Below, piece by piece: positions 1 through 12,500 of a DNA stretch of 64,000 bases. The translations under genes were made by a program, and so were the position numbers. The DNA is from Phallusia mammillata. Lineage: Eukaryota. Numbering within the stretch: the first letter of the stretch is position 1; each line of letters opens with the position of its first letter. The stretch lies in NCBI GenBank assembly GCA_965637545.1, contig OZ281497.1:30566001-30630000 (forward strand), given 5' to 3'. Under the pieces are notes generated by a model. That model did no database searches and was not told the origin of the DNA. It saw only the letters and a program-made list of their open reading frames with translations.

Positions 1-263
1 CGGTTTGACACAAAACGTCAGCTAGTTTTATTTTTACGTTGATGCAAAATACCTTGCACACACTCATGTTCGGCGCCTATACTTGTCAGTGTTAAGCGCA
101 AATAATAATGTTTGAAACAAACATGACAGTTGATAATCGTCAGGAAAAGATACTGACCCAGACAGTGGACAATAATGACTTATTCCATCGGACGTTCAGG
201 CAATGACCAATGCCATCATTAGTGATGAAATAATGTCACTTTGACACACTTTCTGGTCAATTA

Positions 264-269
264 TTTATT
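264..269 (-). promoter_or_regulatory. Polyadenylation signal of the NLR gene
   Basis: TTTATT on + (AATAAA on -), about 75 nt past the terminal-exon stop. Confidence 0.55.
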
Positions 270-341
270 GTAAGGATTTTTGCACAGATTGAGATTGTTT
301 AAGATTGTTATGGAGACAAGTGTTCAGGTTTTACTTCAGAT

Positions 342-506
342 TTAAAACACAACTTTTCCTCGCAACTTTGATCTGATGAGATTCTTCCCTGCTTCTGTGA
401 AGTGATTGCCCCGAACATTCAACACATTAATGTTGTGAACCACTCCTGCCAATGACTCAGTACTTTCATCTGTCAGCTTGTTCCAAGATAGATGAAGAAG
501 TTCCAT
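342..506 (-). CDS. Terminal LRR exon MELLHLSWNKLTDESTESLAGVVHNINVLNVRGNHFTEAGKNLIRSKLRGKVVF*
   Basis: Acceptor tattcttgttttag|ATG, phase 0, two LRR motifs, TAA at 342-344; a diverged paralogue of the 54-aa cassette. Confidence 0.85.
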   Translation of the reverse strand: MELLHLSWNKLTDESTESLAGVVHNINVLNVRGNHFTEAGKNLIRSKLRGKVVF

Positions 507-3500
507 CTAAAACAAGAATAAGTTAAACACAAGTAACACTCTAGTATGTTGTAATAAATGGTGCAGTATGACGACATAGTACAAAATATTTTTGAGTAAA
601 AAACGGATGTCACGTGTTGTGAAGTATGAAAAATAATTAATACTATAAGAAAAAATTAACAAACAAACAACTACTGATGTGTAGATTTGCTCGGGTTGTT
701 CGTAATCACATGAAAATCACCAAATAGCATTAAGTTGCCCTATTTTAAAAGTACCATTTTTCAATTGTCGTTTAGAATGCATATAATATGTGTCAGTAAC
801 TAATAAAATCACACCACTTTATTACATCAACAATCACAAAATAAGTTAACTTAGTGTGCATTTTTTGACTCGTGACTTTGTGTTTTTTGTGCAACTTGTA
901 CTAAGTCACCACATTTTTAGGTTATTTCCTCTTTACAGTCACGCTTATCTTTCAGCTGCAGTTTTGCTGAGCAAGCTAGATAGCAGCGGCGAAATCAGGA
1001 AACTACAAAGCTTTCGCGAGAATTATTTGTTCTTTTTGTCAATTGGACGGGTAGAGAAAGCGTCAAAGTCGAAAGATAGGCCGTGTTTCGGTTTTGGTAC
1101 TTTTTGGTTTGAGCCTGCTTAGAATTTTGAACAAAGCGCTTTGCCGCTTAACACGTCGTTTTGAACCAGAAAACTAAATAGGCAACGGGGCATTTTAGTG
1201 GCATTTTGACGTGTAAATTACGTATTCAGCCGTGCGGTCTAGTTTCGTATCGTGCGGACATTTGTGTGGGAAATTTTTCAAAGCAAACTTAGGACGTATA
1301 TGACGTCATTAGGGAAATTCCCAAAAGGAAATGTTGGACGCCCCCCCAAAAATTTCTGGATACGCCCCTGCTGGTGACCGTAAATTGATTAAAACTCGTT
1401 TCCTAGACAAACGGCCTTAAAAACTGGTCTAAATGGACTTTGTGTGAATGAATAGATACTACAAGCCCAGTAGCCATCTTAACCGGATTTTTCTATACTT
1501 ATTATGTGTAAACAATTTGAATAATGAAACAAGAAACAACGTTTCGATACACATGGTGACGTCATAAAAAGTTATTACTGATAACTAAATCGTTCAGATT
1601 TAATTGATCAAAAAATAAATAAATTGGACTTTTAGCAACCAGTAGATAAGATATAATGAGATAATTCACGTTTCTTTGCATCAGCAAAATATAAATGAAA
1701 ATACCCAAATATTTGGCGGTCCTTCGTGAAATATGAACCTGTGATACGGCCACCATTGCGTAAAGGTTATGCACCTCTGCTGTGGCGTTTAAACTGAAGA
1801 CTTTCCCATCTGAATGTGACACTTTTTGCCATTAGTTATTTGTGTTGTGTGGAGTGACGTGTATTGCGAGAAAATTGCCCAACCCTGTCATGAGGTGAAT
1901 CTGACTTATTCAGAAAAATGTTATTTGATGTAGCAGGAATGGAACAGAAAGACGCACGGGTTGAAACTCATAAATCGGCACAAACTTTCATGTTTTAATG
2001 TTAAGGAGTTCGAACCTAGGATTCGCCCTGCGCGGATCAAGACGGAAGCAGAAAACATATCGTTGACATCTTACATGACGTAATTGAAGGATTTCATTAC
2101 CACCTACGTGTCTTGTTGCGTCAGATATAACCCAATATTACATAGAAAACCAAAACAAATAGTAAATCTTTGCTATAAAGCAAAAAAAATATTTTTCGCA
2201 AGGTAGAATTCAACAATATTTACCGGTTTTCTTAGCTTTTTCACTCCATCGCAGAGTTTCTTGACACCTTCACTTTCGATCTCACATCCCTCCAGTATAA
2301 GTTGTTCCATGTTGTAAAGGCAAGGACCCAGTAAAGCTGTTCCCTTGTTGTCGATCTTGTTGTGGGAGAGTTCGAGTTTCTTCAGCTTATTTTAATGCAA
2401 CAAATATTATCCCACTCATCGTAGTGACAAATTTAAGTAACTAGAACTAAACAACACAACTTGGGATTACGCCTTGTTATTAATGCTACGACTTTTTAAC
2501 ACATAATTTCTGTTAAACTTTAAATTTGGCATTTCATCAATTAAAGATAAAGTAAGACATGAAAACATGAAAATTAAGCTGTAGAATGTTCACACTATTT
2601 TTGTTAAAGAGAATTTACAAACCAATCCTGGCTTTGCTAGCTTAATGTAAGAAATATATTTATTTTAATTGCGTTGTTTAAATTCCGCGTTTAAGCGCCC
2701 TGGCCTTGCTGCTTCGATTAAATTTCACATCCGTGTGTCGAGTGATGTGGTGTTATAGCAACACACGAGTAAAAAGTATGCGCTGCACGTTTGTTTTACT
2801 ATACGTTGTTGTACGTCATGCTGAATACAAAAAAGTGTGACAAAGTTGTTTGTTAGAAACAAAATATGTGTATAAGAGACAGTGTCGCATTCAAAATTCA
2901 GATTATCGCATAATCCAGTTAATCTTCTAAGAAAGCTACGTGTATTCATTATACCAGGGCTCGGCAACCTTTTTTGCTCTGCTCTGGATTCATATGCGTA
3001 GGATTCATATTTCATAGCGACCATGGAGTCAGGATAAAAATTTTACGTTTTTATTCTGACACCGTCCTATGACATCATTAATGCATTTCTATGCTGTGTC
3101 GCTGTAGCGCAGTAGTTTCCAAACTGTGCGTCGCAACGCTCTGGTGCATCGTTTCAATTTTCCAAGGGGGTCGCAGAATAGTTCCGTTTCGTGGATTTTT
3201 GTTGTTGTATCAATAAACGCAACTTTAATAAAAAGTGTCCTCATTAATTTTAATATGCTGGTGCGTCGCAAGTCCAGAAAACTTTTCGAGAAGTATCGCA
3301 GCAAAAAAAGTTCATTTTTGGACTTTATCATTTTAGTACAGTTCGATTTAAGTACTGACAGCCCGTTATTGCTACAGAACCTAAAAAGGCCGTTATAAAA
3401 ATTGGCGAGCACGACAAACTGTTGACAAATTGGCGACAAAAAACTGTTGTCAGAAGAATAAATCTCAATTCGTATCGTCCACAATATTACACTAGTTTGA

Positions 3501-6500
3501 CATCCTAGAAAACTAAAAATGAAAACTGTGACTTATGAGGAGTTCAGGAAACGAGCCACCGCCATAGTCGCATGCAATTATACGAAGTGAAGGGTAAGGC
3601 TCCGACTGGCGAGACGCACTCAAACAGTGGATGAAACCAACCGAGATTTCGTATTAGCTCTTGTAACGCTTGGATACCAAGACAACAAACTAAGAAATAC
3701 CATCCTGTACACTTCTCTGCCTCCTGTGCTAATCGGACAAACGCCTTGCAGACTTTACCGCGTGAAAATTGCTCGAAGGAAGAACCAAACTTCAGAGATG
3801 CGCCGGGTTGAGCAATTAACGCGAACGAGTTTGTTGTTAACAGTGAAAAGACGCAGTATTAATGTTGCCCAGCTTAAACCTGAAGTAAACCTGGTCGCTG
3901 AAGAATTGAAACGCTTGGCTGAGGAAAATAAACATTTGCGGCTGGAACTAAACGATTTGAGAAATGAGACCAAACGTTTTTCCTCTCGTCTGTGCTTTCA
4001 TTGCAATGGCGATAGACATTCCGCAAGAAAATGCAGGCAAGGGAGACCACGTTCTCCTATCAGGAGTCTGGGGTAAGCTCCAGGGCACAAAAACTCATTT
4101 GACACCAACGAGAGCATGCTGTACAAATATGCCAACGTTAACTTCAATGATATTTCTTGGTTTACACTAATCGGCACTTCGCCCACTGTCAGTGTGGTGT
4201 CAAGTGTAAGAAACTTACATATGTCAAGATGGAGTCTTGCCGAATAATTCAAGAGCTAATATGTGTTTGATTTAGCGTCGCTGATATCAAAGTCACTGCA
4301 TCTGTTTATATGTTGTCGGATGTCGTCGAGGAGTGGCCTTCATCAAACGGCCACGTCGTCAGATACGACAGTCAAGATTTTATCGAGCGCCTGAATAAAT
4401 ATGCAGCCAAAGAGCCGTGTATTTTTTGAGAGATACTTAACACACCTAGTGACCCAATTTTGGGTCGCAAGACCTTCCAGTCTGGGTCGCAAATTATTTT
4501 TAAGTTTCCAAGAATATAAGCATCGCATCCATAGGCGCCGAGTTTTGCAAAAAATGCAATGTGGCGGACGTAAAATATGACGTCACTTTGTGTGACGTCA
4601 CCAATGCGGGCAACCACAAGAACTCAAAAGCCCAACAAACTTTCAATAGAATGCAACGTTCGTCAAAATCAGAAAAATACGAAATATTTGAAATAATATT
4701 CCGCTGGCAATTGCAACATGTTGCTGTAGCGTTTATCATTGGTTTAGTAACGTTTAAAAAATGTTTCGTCAAGTTGTTGCTGCTTTATATTACGTTAGAT
4801 AACAATTTATTACTACACATTTGCATTGTACAAAGTAATGGCCGAACATTCACTGACAGGCAATTGTGTGTTTGACGTCATAAACAAGGCACTAACCACA
4901 ACAGGTTGCAGTTTTAAGCCACGTTTTGTGGTTGAATCGCCATTACGCTGGTTAAAAAGCAAAATTGTTTCTAATATTCTTGAGATTTCACGATATTTCG
5001 TACGATACCGCCACGAACTAACCAAAATTTCCACAGTGGCCGCCACCGTGCTTTACAAACTCAAGGTGGTGGCGCCACCACGCCACAGCCTACTTGGCGC
5101 CTATGATCGCATCTATAGTTTTAAAGATTTTCAGCTTTTTCAACCTCCTAATTATTATTGCATTGTTACATATGACTACGTAACTGTTACATCCAGCCTT
5201 TGTAACAGTCCAACCTTTGTAGCGTTACATCCAGCCTTTGTAGCGAACATTCGGTTTGCCCAACTAATTCAGTCGAAACGAATAATTTTACAAATATGCG
5301 GTTTTGGCTGAATAATATGTTGCGTTTCAGCCCAAACCGAATATTTTACAATCACAATTTTAAAGCGTAAAACGAGTCATTTGTGCCAAAAAAAAAAACA
5401 CAATCTTCTTAAATACTATCAACTACTTGCTAATAAAACCTACCATTACGCCAACTCATACAAAACGTCAGTTATATTATCATCAGACTGGCAACTATTC
5501 TTATGCAGCAACATCATGCTTGCCAGCTGATAGTAAAGCTCTATGTTACAAGAGAATAAGGAAGCATCTGTGTCGGTGTAAACAAACGTCGTAGTAACAT
5601 AATTTCAGCTATGAAGGTGGAAATTAGAACTTCTGTTAAAAACGTGTATTGCATTCAGCTAAGCGCACAATCCAGTTAAGCGCATAATAAAGCTTGGCAT
5701 ATTCATTCCACCATTTACTGGATATTGTGCGCAGCATATATCATAGTGATCATGAATTCAGGATAAAAGTACTGCTTATATTTTTGGTAATGTAAGAAAG
5801 GGATTGAATTGTTTTGTACTACAATAAAAATCTGCCTCAGCAACATGCCCAATAGCCGCGATATTGTATAGTGTTTTTCTCAAGGAAAGCACGTGCTGCA
5901 GGCTAGAAAAATAACTTCGTGTCGTCATAGATAGTACACCGCTCTCGCGCGTTATGCGCCAAAGTCCACCCTGACCAATCATTACCCCTGGACCAACAAC
6001 ATCGGTTGAAATTCCCCCCACACACACCAGTGCATACCTAGATTTTAGTAAAACAAGTCAATTTAATGTTAAAGTTTGGATAGGTGGGAGCTAAAGAAAA
6101 GGCTAACCTGCGTCAGTTTAGGCTATGCTCAAATAGTTCCAAAGTGTTTGAGTTTAACTTGAGGGTTGCGGATTTGGTCAATTTTATTTGAAATCTGCGC
6201 GAGGGCCAGCGGATCTTGATTGCCGGCCAAATAAATATGGCGACCCTGACCTCGAACCTTCGTGTGGCTATTAGGCATGCTAGGCCGGGGAAAAATAATT
6301 TATTAGCCGGCAAATATAAACCGGATTCATTAGAGCTGAGACATAGAGTTGCACGGTGATACATAACCGTTTTTGTGAAATATAACCACATACCAAGTTT
6401 TGGAACAATCATGTTACGATTATTTTCCATTAAAACGTTCTATACTATTAATAGTGCATGTAGTATGCGAAATATTTTTTCGGGTCTTATGATTATTAAT

Positions 6501-9500
6501 AGGGATGTACCGAATATTCGGTTTGCCGAATTTATTCGGCCCAATTATTTTTGCAAAGATTCGGTAAACAAAATATTTTACGAGACCAAATTTAAAGCGT
6601 TAAATTTGTCTTTTCTGCTTATTAAGGGTACCACGCAATCTTTCAAAATCCAAAACATAACCAAAATCGCTTCAATTTTTATTTTTTCAACACATTATTG
6701 TTTTTCCCACTGTAGTAAAGAAATTAGTAATTCTTCGGCAGGTTGCCAATCATGCTTTTTTCAACGACATATGACTAAAATGAGGGTGAAAAACACAAAA
6801 ATTCTCTACTAATTGCCTGGTAGAAAAACAATTTTTCATTTAAACGCTTAGCGTAGCACTTTGCGTAACGTCATGAATGATTCGGTTGATTCGGCCAAAT
6901 TTATTCGGCAACACAACTTAGGATTACGCCTTGTTATAAATGCTACGACTTTTTAACACATAATTTCTGTTAAACTTTAAATTTGGCATTTCATCAATTA
7001 AAGATAAAGTAAGACATGAAAACTTGAAAATTAAGCTGTAGCATGTTCACACTATTTTTGTTAAAGAAAATTTACAAATCAATCCTGGCTTTTCTAGCTT
7101 AATGTAAGAAATTTATTTAGGTTAATTGCGTTGTTTAAATTCCGTGTTTATGCGCCCTGGCCTTGCTTCTTCGATTAAATTTCACATCCGTGTGTCGGGT
7201 GATGTGGACTTACTATTAAGAGTTTGAACTGAGCACTGTCAGCCCGTTATTGCAGCAGAACCAAGACATGTTTAACACATGTTTGTATCACTATGAGTTT
7301 TGCACTTGATGGTAGATCATAAAGTGACAGATCAAAAATGCCTGAACATCCTATGACGCAGCTACAGACGAATCCAGTTAATCCAATAATGTTTAGTCGC
7401 ACAATCCGTTTAGTTGCATCAAGACCGTAATCCAAAACGGTAGCTCATTTGGTTATAAAATCGCCCGGTTAATCGCACACCTCTTCAGAACATAATCTAG
7501 ATAATCGGACGGATTTTGAACAAAATATGTGACTAACTGGAAAGTGGATTTCTATGTAAATGATTTCTCAAAACACAGTAAACGTAACCCATCGCCCATG
7601 GTTTAAAAGTGTGACTTGCTGAGTGGGAGATGAGACAGGCCTCTTTATCTTTTCCTCTTTTTCTCCATTATCGTAACACTCTTTATTGCTTTCAAAAATT
7701 GTCAAAGAAAACCGTCGTGGGCAATAAGTCCGAACATCTGAATTAGGACAAAAACAACTATAAAAAAAAACTAGAAGAGTGGCTTTCTGATATACTTCCA
7801 TTTTATATATTCTATACGATATTTACCAATTAACTATACACATCATTTGATCTACACATATGATTGTTTTTGTAAACAAAAACTAATGGGTCCCCACACG
7901 CGCGTTTGTGCGGATTTACAGTAAACAAATGTTGCGGTGATTTTTACATTCTTAAGGACAAATTTTTAGAAACCATTAACCCAACAATAAAAAAAAAATT
8001 GTTCGTATTCTTTTTGCACTATGATTGTCATGTAATTACAAAATTAAAAAAACGTAACAAAGACTTAAATCTAATCTCTTGCCTTGACCCAGATATAGTC
8101 CTCCAAGGTCGGGTTTTGAACAATTTTTTTAGAAAAGCTGTAACAGTTGTGTTACAGACACTTTAAATTAAAAAGCAATTTGCTACAAGTGTATACATAA
8201 CAAATTGTTTTTCATTTAACTTTGTTTCGCAAAACGAGTACCATTAACCAGTAGTAACCTCTCAGGGTGCACACGCCAAACGACTGTTTGACCTTTTGAC
8301 ACCGTTTTCAATAGCACGCCGTCATTCGTGTTCAACAATACTGTTAAGCCTAATTCATACATGCCTTGAGTATTGACTCCTTAATTGATTGTCAAAAAAA
8401 CGCTACGTTATGAAGAAAGTTCTGAGCTGTGTTTGTAATACCGACTAGTTGACCTTAAGTAACCCGTGATCATGCGGCAGCCAACCTGACAACGAGCATT
8501 TAAAAAAACATTTATTTGGCAAAACTCAAGTTAATTTTTTCATCTTAACTTTTATTAACAAAGTTTTTCTTGACATATACAAAACCGAAGCACGGTTATT
8601 AGGTTTAAATCACGTCATAGGTGTAAAACCTTCGCCAAAACTAAAAATGTGAGTGATAACTTAATAAAACGACATAGCATTGCTGTGCAAAACAGCTGAT
8701 TTCTAATCACTGAAACGACGTCTCGTAAAACGTCTGTCCGACGTCAAGCTGAGCCCTCCCGCTATCGTAAACCAGTGAGTTACTCTCTTGGTACTTCTGC
8801 CTACAGTGTTTTTCTTGACCAAACGGGCGTTAGACACATCTATGTTTCGGGGGCCTATGGGTGAACCTCTGGGTCATACGGGGTCAAAATTCACATGGAC
8901 CATCTATAGACCAATATCTGCAATGTGTGTAAATTTGAAAAAGTTTAAACCATTCTTTCTTGACCAAAACGTGGGAATAATAGCCGCACTAAAAATTTCA
9001 CGTTTTGGGGGGCTGTGGGTGAACCGGGAGATCAAACGGGGTCAAAATTTACATGGACCATCTTTAGACCAATATCTTTAATGTGTGTAAATTTGAAAAA
9101 GTTTAAACCATTCTTTCTTGACCAAAACGTGGGAACAAATCTGCGTTAGAAAGAAAAAAAGAAAAAAGAAAAAAGAAAAAAAGAAAAAAGAAAAAAAAAA
9201 TATAGACAAAAACAATATGTGTCCCCTTCAGGGAAGGGGACCCATAACCAATCGGTTTGTGCCATATTGTAGAATGTGTGTGTATATTGCTAAATCACGA
9301 CTTTGCGCCGTTTTGTGAAAGTTGATATGCTTCTGAAAACGTAATTTTACTTACGCCATGCTACAGTAAAGGGAAAGGAAGCATCTCTGTCGACGTGAAC
9401 GGGCGTCATCTCTGTCGACGTGAACGGGCGTTTTATATTTTTCATTTGTGTTGCTGACTATTCTTGAAACACACGTTACCGATGACCCATTACATGCCAT

Positions 9501-12500
9501 CTCTGTCGGTGCAAACAAACGTCCTAGTAACGTAATTTCAGCAATGGAAGTGGAAATTAGAATTTCTGTTAAAAACGTGTATTGCATTCAGCTAAGCGCA
9601 CAATCCAGTTAATGGCATAATAAAGCTTGGCATATTGATTCCACCATTAACTGGATTCTTCTGCGCAGCACATATAATAGTGATCATTCAGGATAAAAGT
9701 ACTGCTTATATTTTTAGTAATGTAAGAAAGGGATTGAATTGTTTTGTACTGAAATAAATATCTGCCTCGGCAACATGCCCAATAGCCGCCATATTGTATA
9801 GTTTTGTCCTCAACGAAAGCACGTGCTGCAGGCTAGAAAAATAGCTTCGTGTCGTCATAGATTGTACACCGCTCTCGCGCGTTATGCGCCAAAGTCCACC
9901 CTGACCAATCATTACCCCTGGACCGACCACATCGGTTGAAATCCCCCACACACACCAGTATATACCGCGATTTTAGTAAAACAAGTCAACTTAATGTTAA
10001 AGTTTGGATAGGTGGGAGCTAAAGAAAAGGCTAACCTCCGACAGTTTAGGCTATGCTCAAATAATTCCAAAGTGTTTGAGTTTAACTTGAAGGTCGCGAA
10101 ATTGGCCAATTTTATTTGAAATCTGCGCGTGGGCCAACGGCCCTTGATTGCCGGCCACACCAAAATGCGACCCTGACCTCGAGCCTTCGTGTGGTCATTA
10201 GACATGCTAGGCCGGGTAGAAATAATTTATTAGCCGGCAAATATAAATCGGATTCATTAGAGCTGAGACATAGAGTTGCAAGGTGATACATAACCGTTTT
10301 TGTGAAACATAACCACATATCAAGTTTTGGAACAATCATGTTATGATTATTTTCCATTAAAACGTTCCATAATATTAATAGTGCTTGTAGTATGCGAAAT
10401 ATTTTTTTGGGTCTAATGAGTATTAATAGGGATGTACCGAATATTCGGTTTGCCGAATTTTTCGGCCATATCGGTCATTTTTGCAAAGATTCGGTCAACA
10501 AAATCTTTTACGAGCACAAATTTAAAGCGTTAAACGTGCCTTTTCTGCTTATTAAGGGTACCACGCAATCTTTCAAAAGCCCAAACATAACCAAAATCGC
10601 TTAAATTTTTATCTATTTCAACACATTATTGTTTTTCCCACTGTAGTAAGCAAATTAGTAATTCTTTGGCAGGTTGCCAATCATGCCTTTTTCAACCCCA
10701 TATGACTAAAATGACGACGAAACACAACCATTCTGTACTAATTTTTCCGTACCACTTTGCGTGACGTCATGAATGATTCGGTTGATTCGGCCGAATTTAT
10801 TCGGCAAAACGCCGAATATTGGGTTTCGGCGAACCGAAATTTAGACGAATCGGTAGATCACTAGGTATTAGTTTATCGCTTCCAAAACAAATAGTAAATC
10901 TTTGCTATAAAGCAAAAAAAAATATTTTTCGCAAGATAGAATTCAACAATATTTACCGGTTTTCTACGCTTTTTCACTCCATCGCAGAGTTTCTCCACGC
11001 CTTCACTTCTGATCTCACATCTAGCCAGTATAAGTTCTTCCATGTTGTGAAGGCAAGGAGCCAGTGAAGCTGTTCCCGTGTTGCCGATCTTGTTGTTGGT
11101 GAGGTCGAGTTTCTTCAGCTTATATTAATGCAACAAATATTATTACACTTATCGTAGTGACAAATTTAAGTAACTAGAACTAAACAACAAACCTTAGGAT
11201 TACGCCTTGTTATAAATGCTACGACTTTTTAACACATAATTTCTGTTAAACTTTAAATTTGGCATTTCATCAATTAAAGATAAAGTAAGACATGAAAACA
11301 CGAAAATTAAGCTGTAGAATGTTCACACTATTTTTCTTAAAAAGAATTTACAAACCAATCCTGGTTTTTCTAGCTTAATGCAACAAATTTATTTAGGTTA
11401 ATTGCGTTGTTAAAATTCCGTGTTTAAGCGCCCTGGCCTTGCTTCTTCGATTAAATTTCACATCCGTGTGTCGGGTGATGTGGTGTTATAGCAACACACG
11501 AGTAAAAAGTATGCGCTGCACGTTTGTTTCACTATAAGTTGTTGTACGTCATGCTGGATACAAAAAAGCTGTGACAAAGTTGTTTGTTAGAAACAAAATG
11601 TGTGTATAAGGGACAGTGTCGCCTTCAAAAGATTTTCTAAAGTAGATTGCTAATGTTTAAACACAACATTTGCACAACCCCAAGATCTATTGAAAATGTA
11701 ATCTACATTTTGCTCTGTGATTTAAAAGTTGATCTGGCTTTAAAGAAAATTTTCATCTGTTCTATGCTACAAAAAAAGAAAGGAAGCATCTCTGTCGACG
11801 TATACGAGCGCCGTAACGTAATTTTAGCTATGAAAGTGGAAAGTAGCACTTCTGTTAACAACGTGTGTTGCATTCAGATTATCGCATAATCCAGTTAATC
11901 GCATAAGAAAGCTAGATATATTCATTATACCAGTGCTCGCCAACCTTTTTTGCTTTGCTCTCGATTCATATGCGTAGGATTTATATTTCATAGCGACCAT
12001 GGAATCAGGATAAAAAAATTCGTTTTTCTTCTGGCACCGTCCTATGACATCATTCATGCATTTCTATGCTGTGTCGCTGTAGCGCAGTAGTTTTCAAACT
12101 GTGCGTCGCAACGCTCTGGTGCGTCGTTTCAATTTTCCAAGGGGGTCGCAGAATAGTTCCGTTTCGTGGATTTTTGTTGTTGTATCAATAAACGCAAATT
12201 TAATAAAAAGTTTCCTCATTAGCTTTTATTTGCTGGTGCGTCGCAAATTCAGAAAACTTTTCGAGAAACTTCGCAGCAAAAAAAGTTTGAGAACCACTTC
12301 TGTAGCGAATTGCCGAAGAGACATGGGCCAAGGGGCTTAGAAGCCGGCAGTTGGAGTTAGAGCCGAGAGGTGGTTGTGTCGGGACTGTTATATATGTGCT
12401 GCTTGCTTTTTATCGTTTTTAGACTTCATCATTTTATTACAGTTCGATTTGATTACTGACAGCTCGTTATTGCTACAGAACCTAAAAAGGCCGTTACAAA

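Noticed and set aside
3627-4076. Host zinc-knuckle gene
   Set aside because: Preceded by LTR and PBS, upstream in-frame stop, and sister copies are frameshifted: a gag remnant.
4826-5311. 161-aa ORFs recurring at 4826, 14047 and 22297 as genes
   Set aside because: They lie inside the non-autonomous hAT element, rely on alternative starts and show no recognisable domain; recurrence reflects duplication.
5776-6812. Recurrent ORFs at 5776/9706/14990 and 6113/10112/15418
   Set aside because: Frames shift between copies and no domain is recognisable; duplicated intron or TE sequence.
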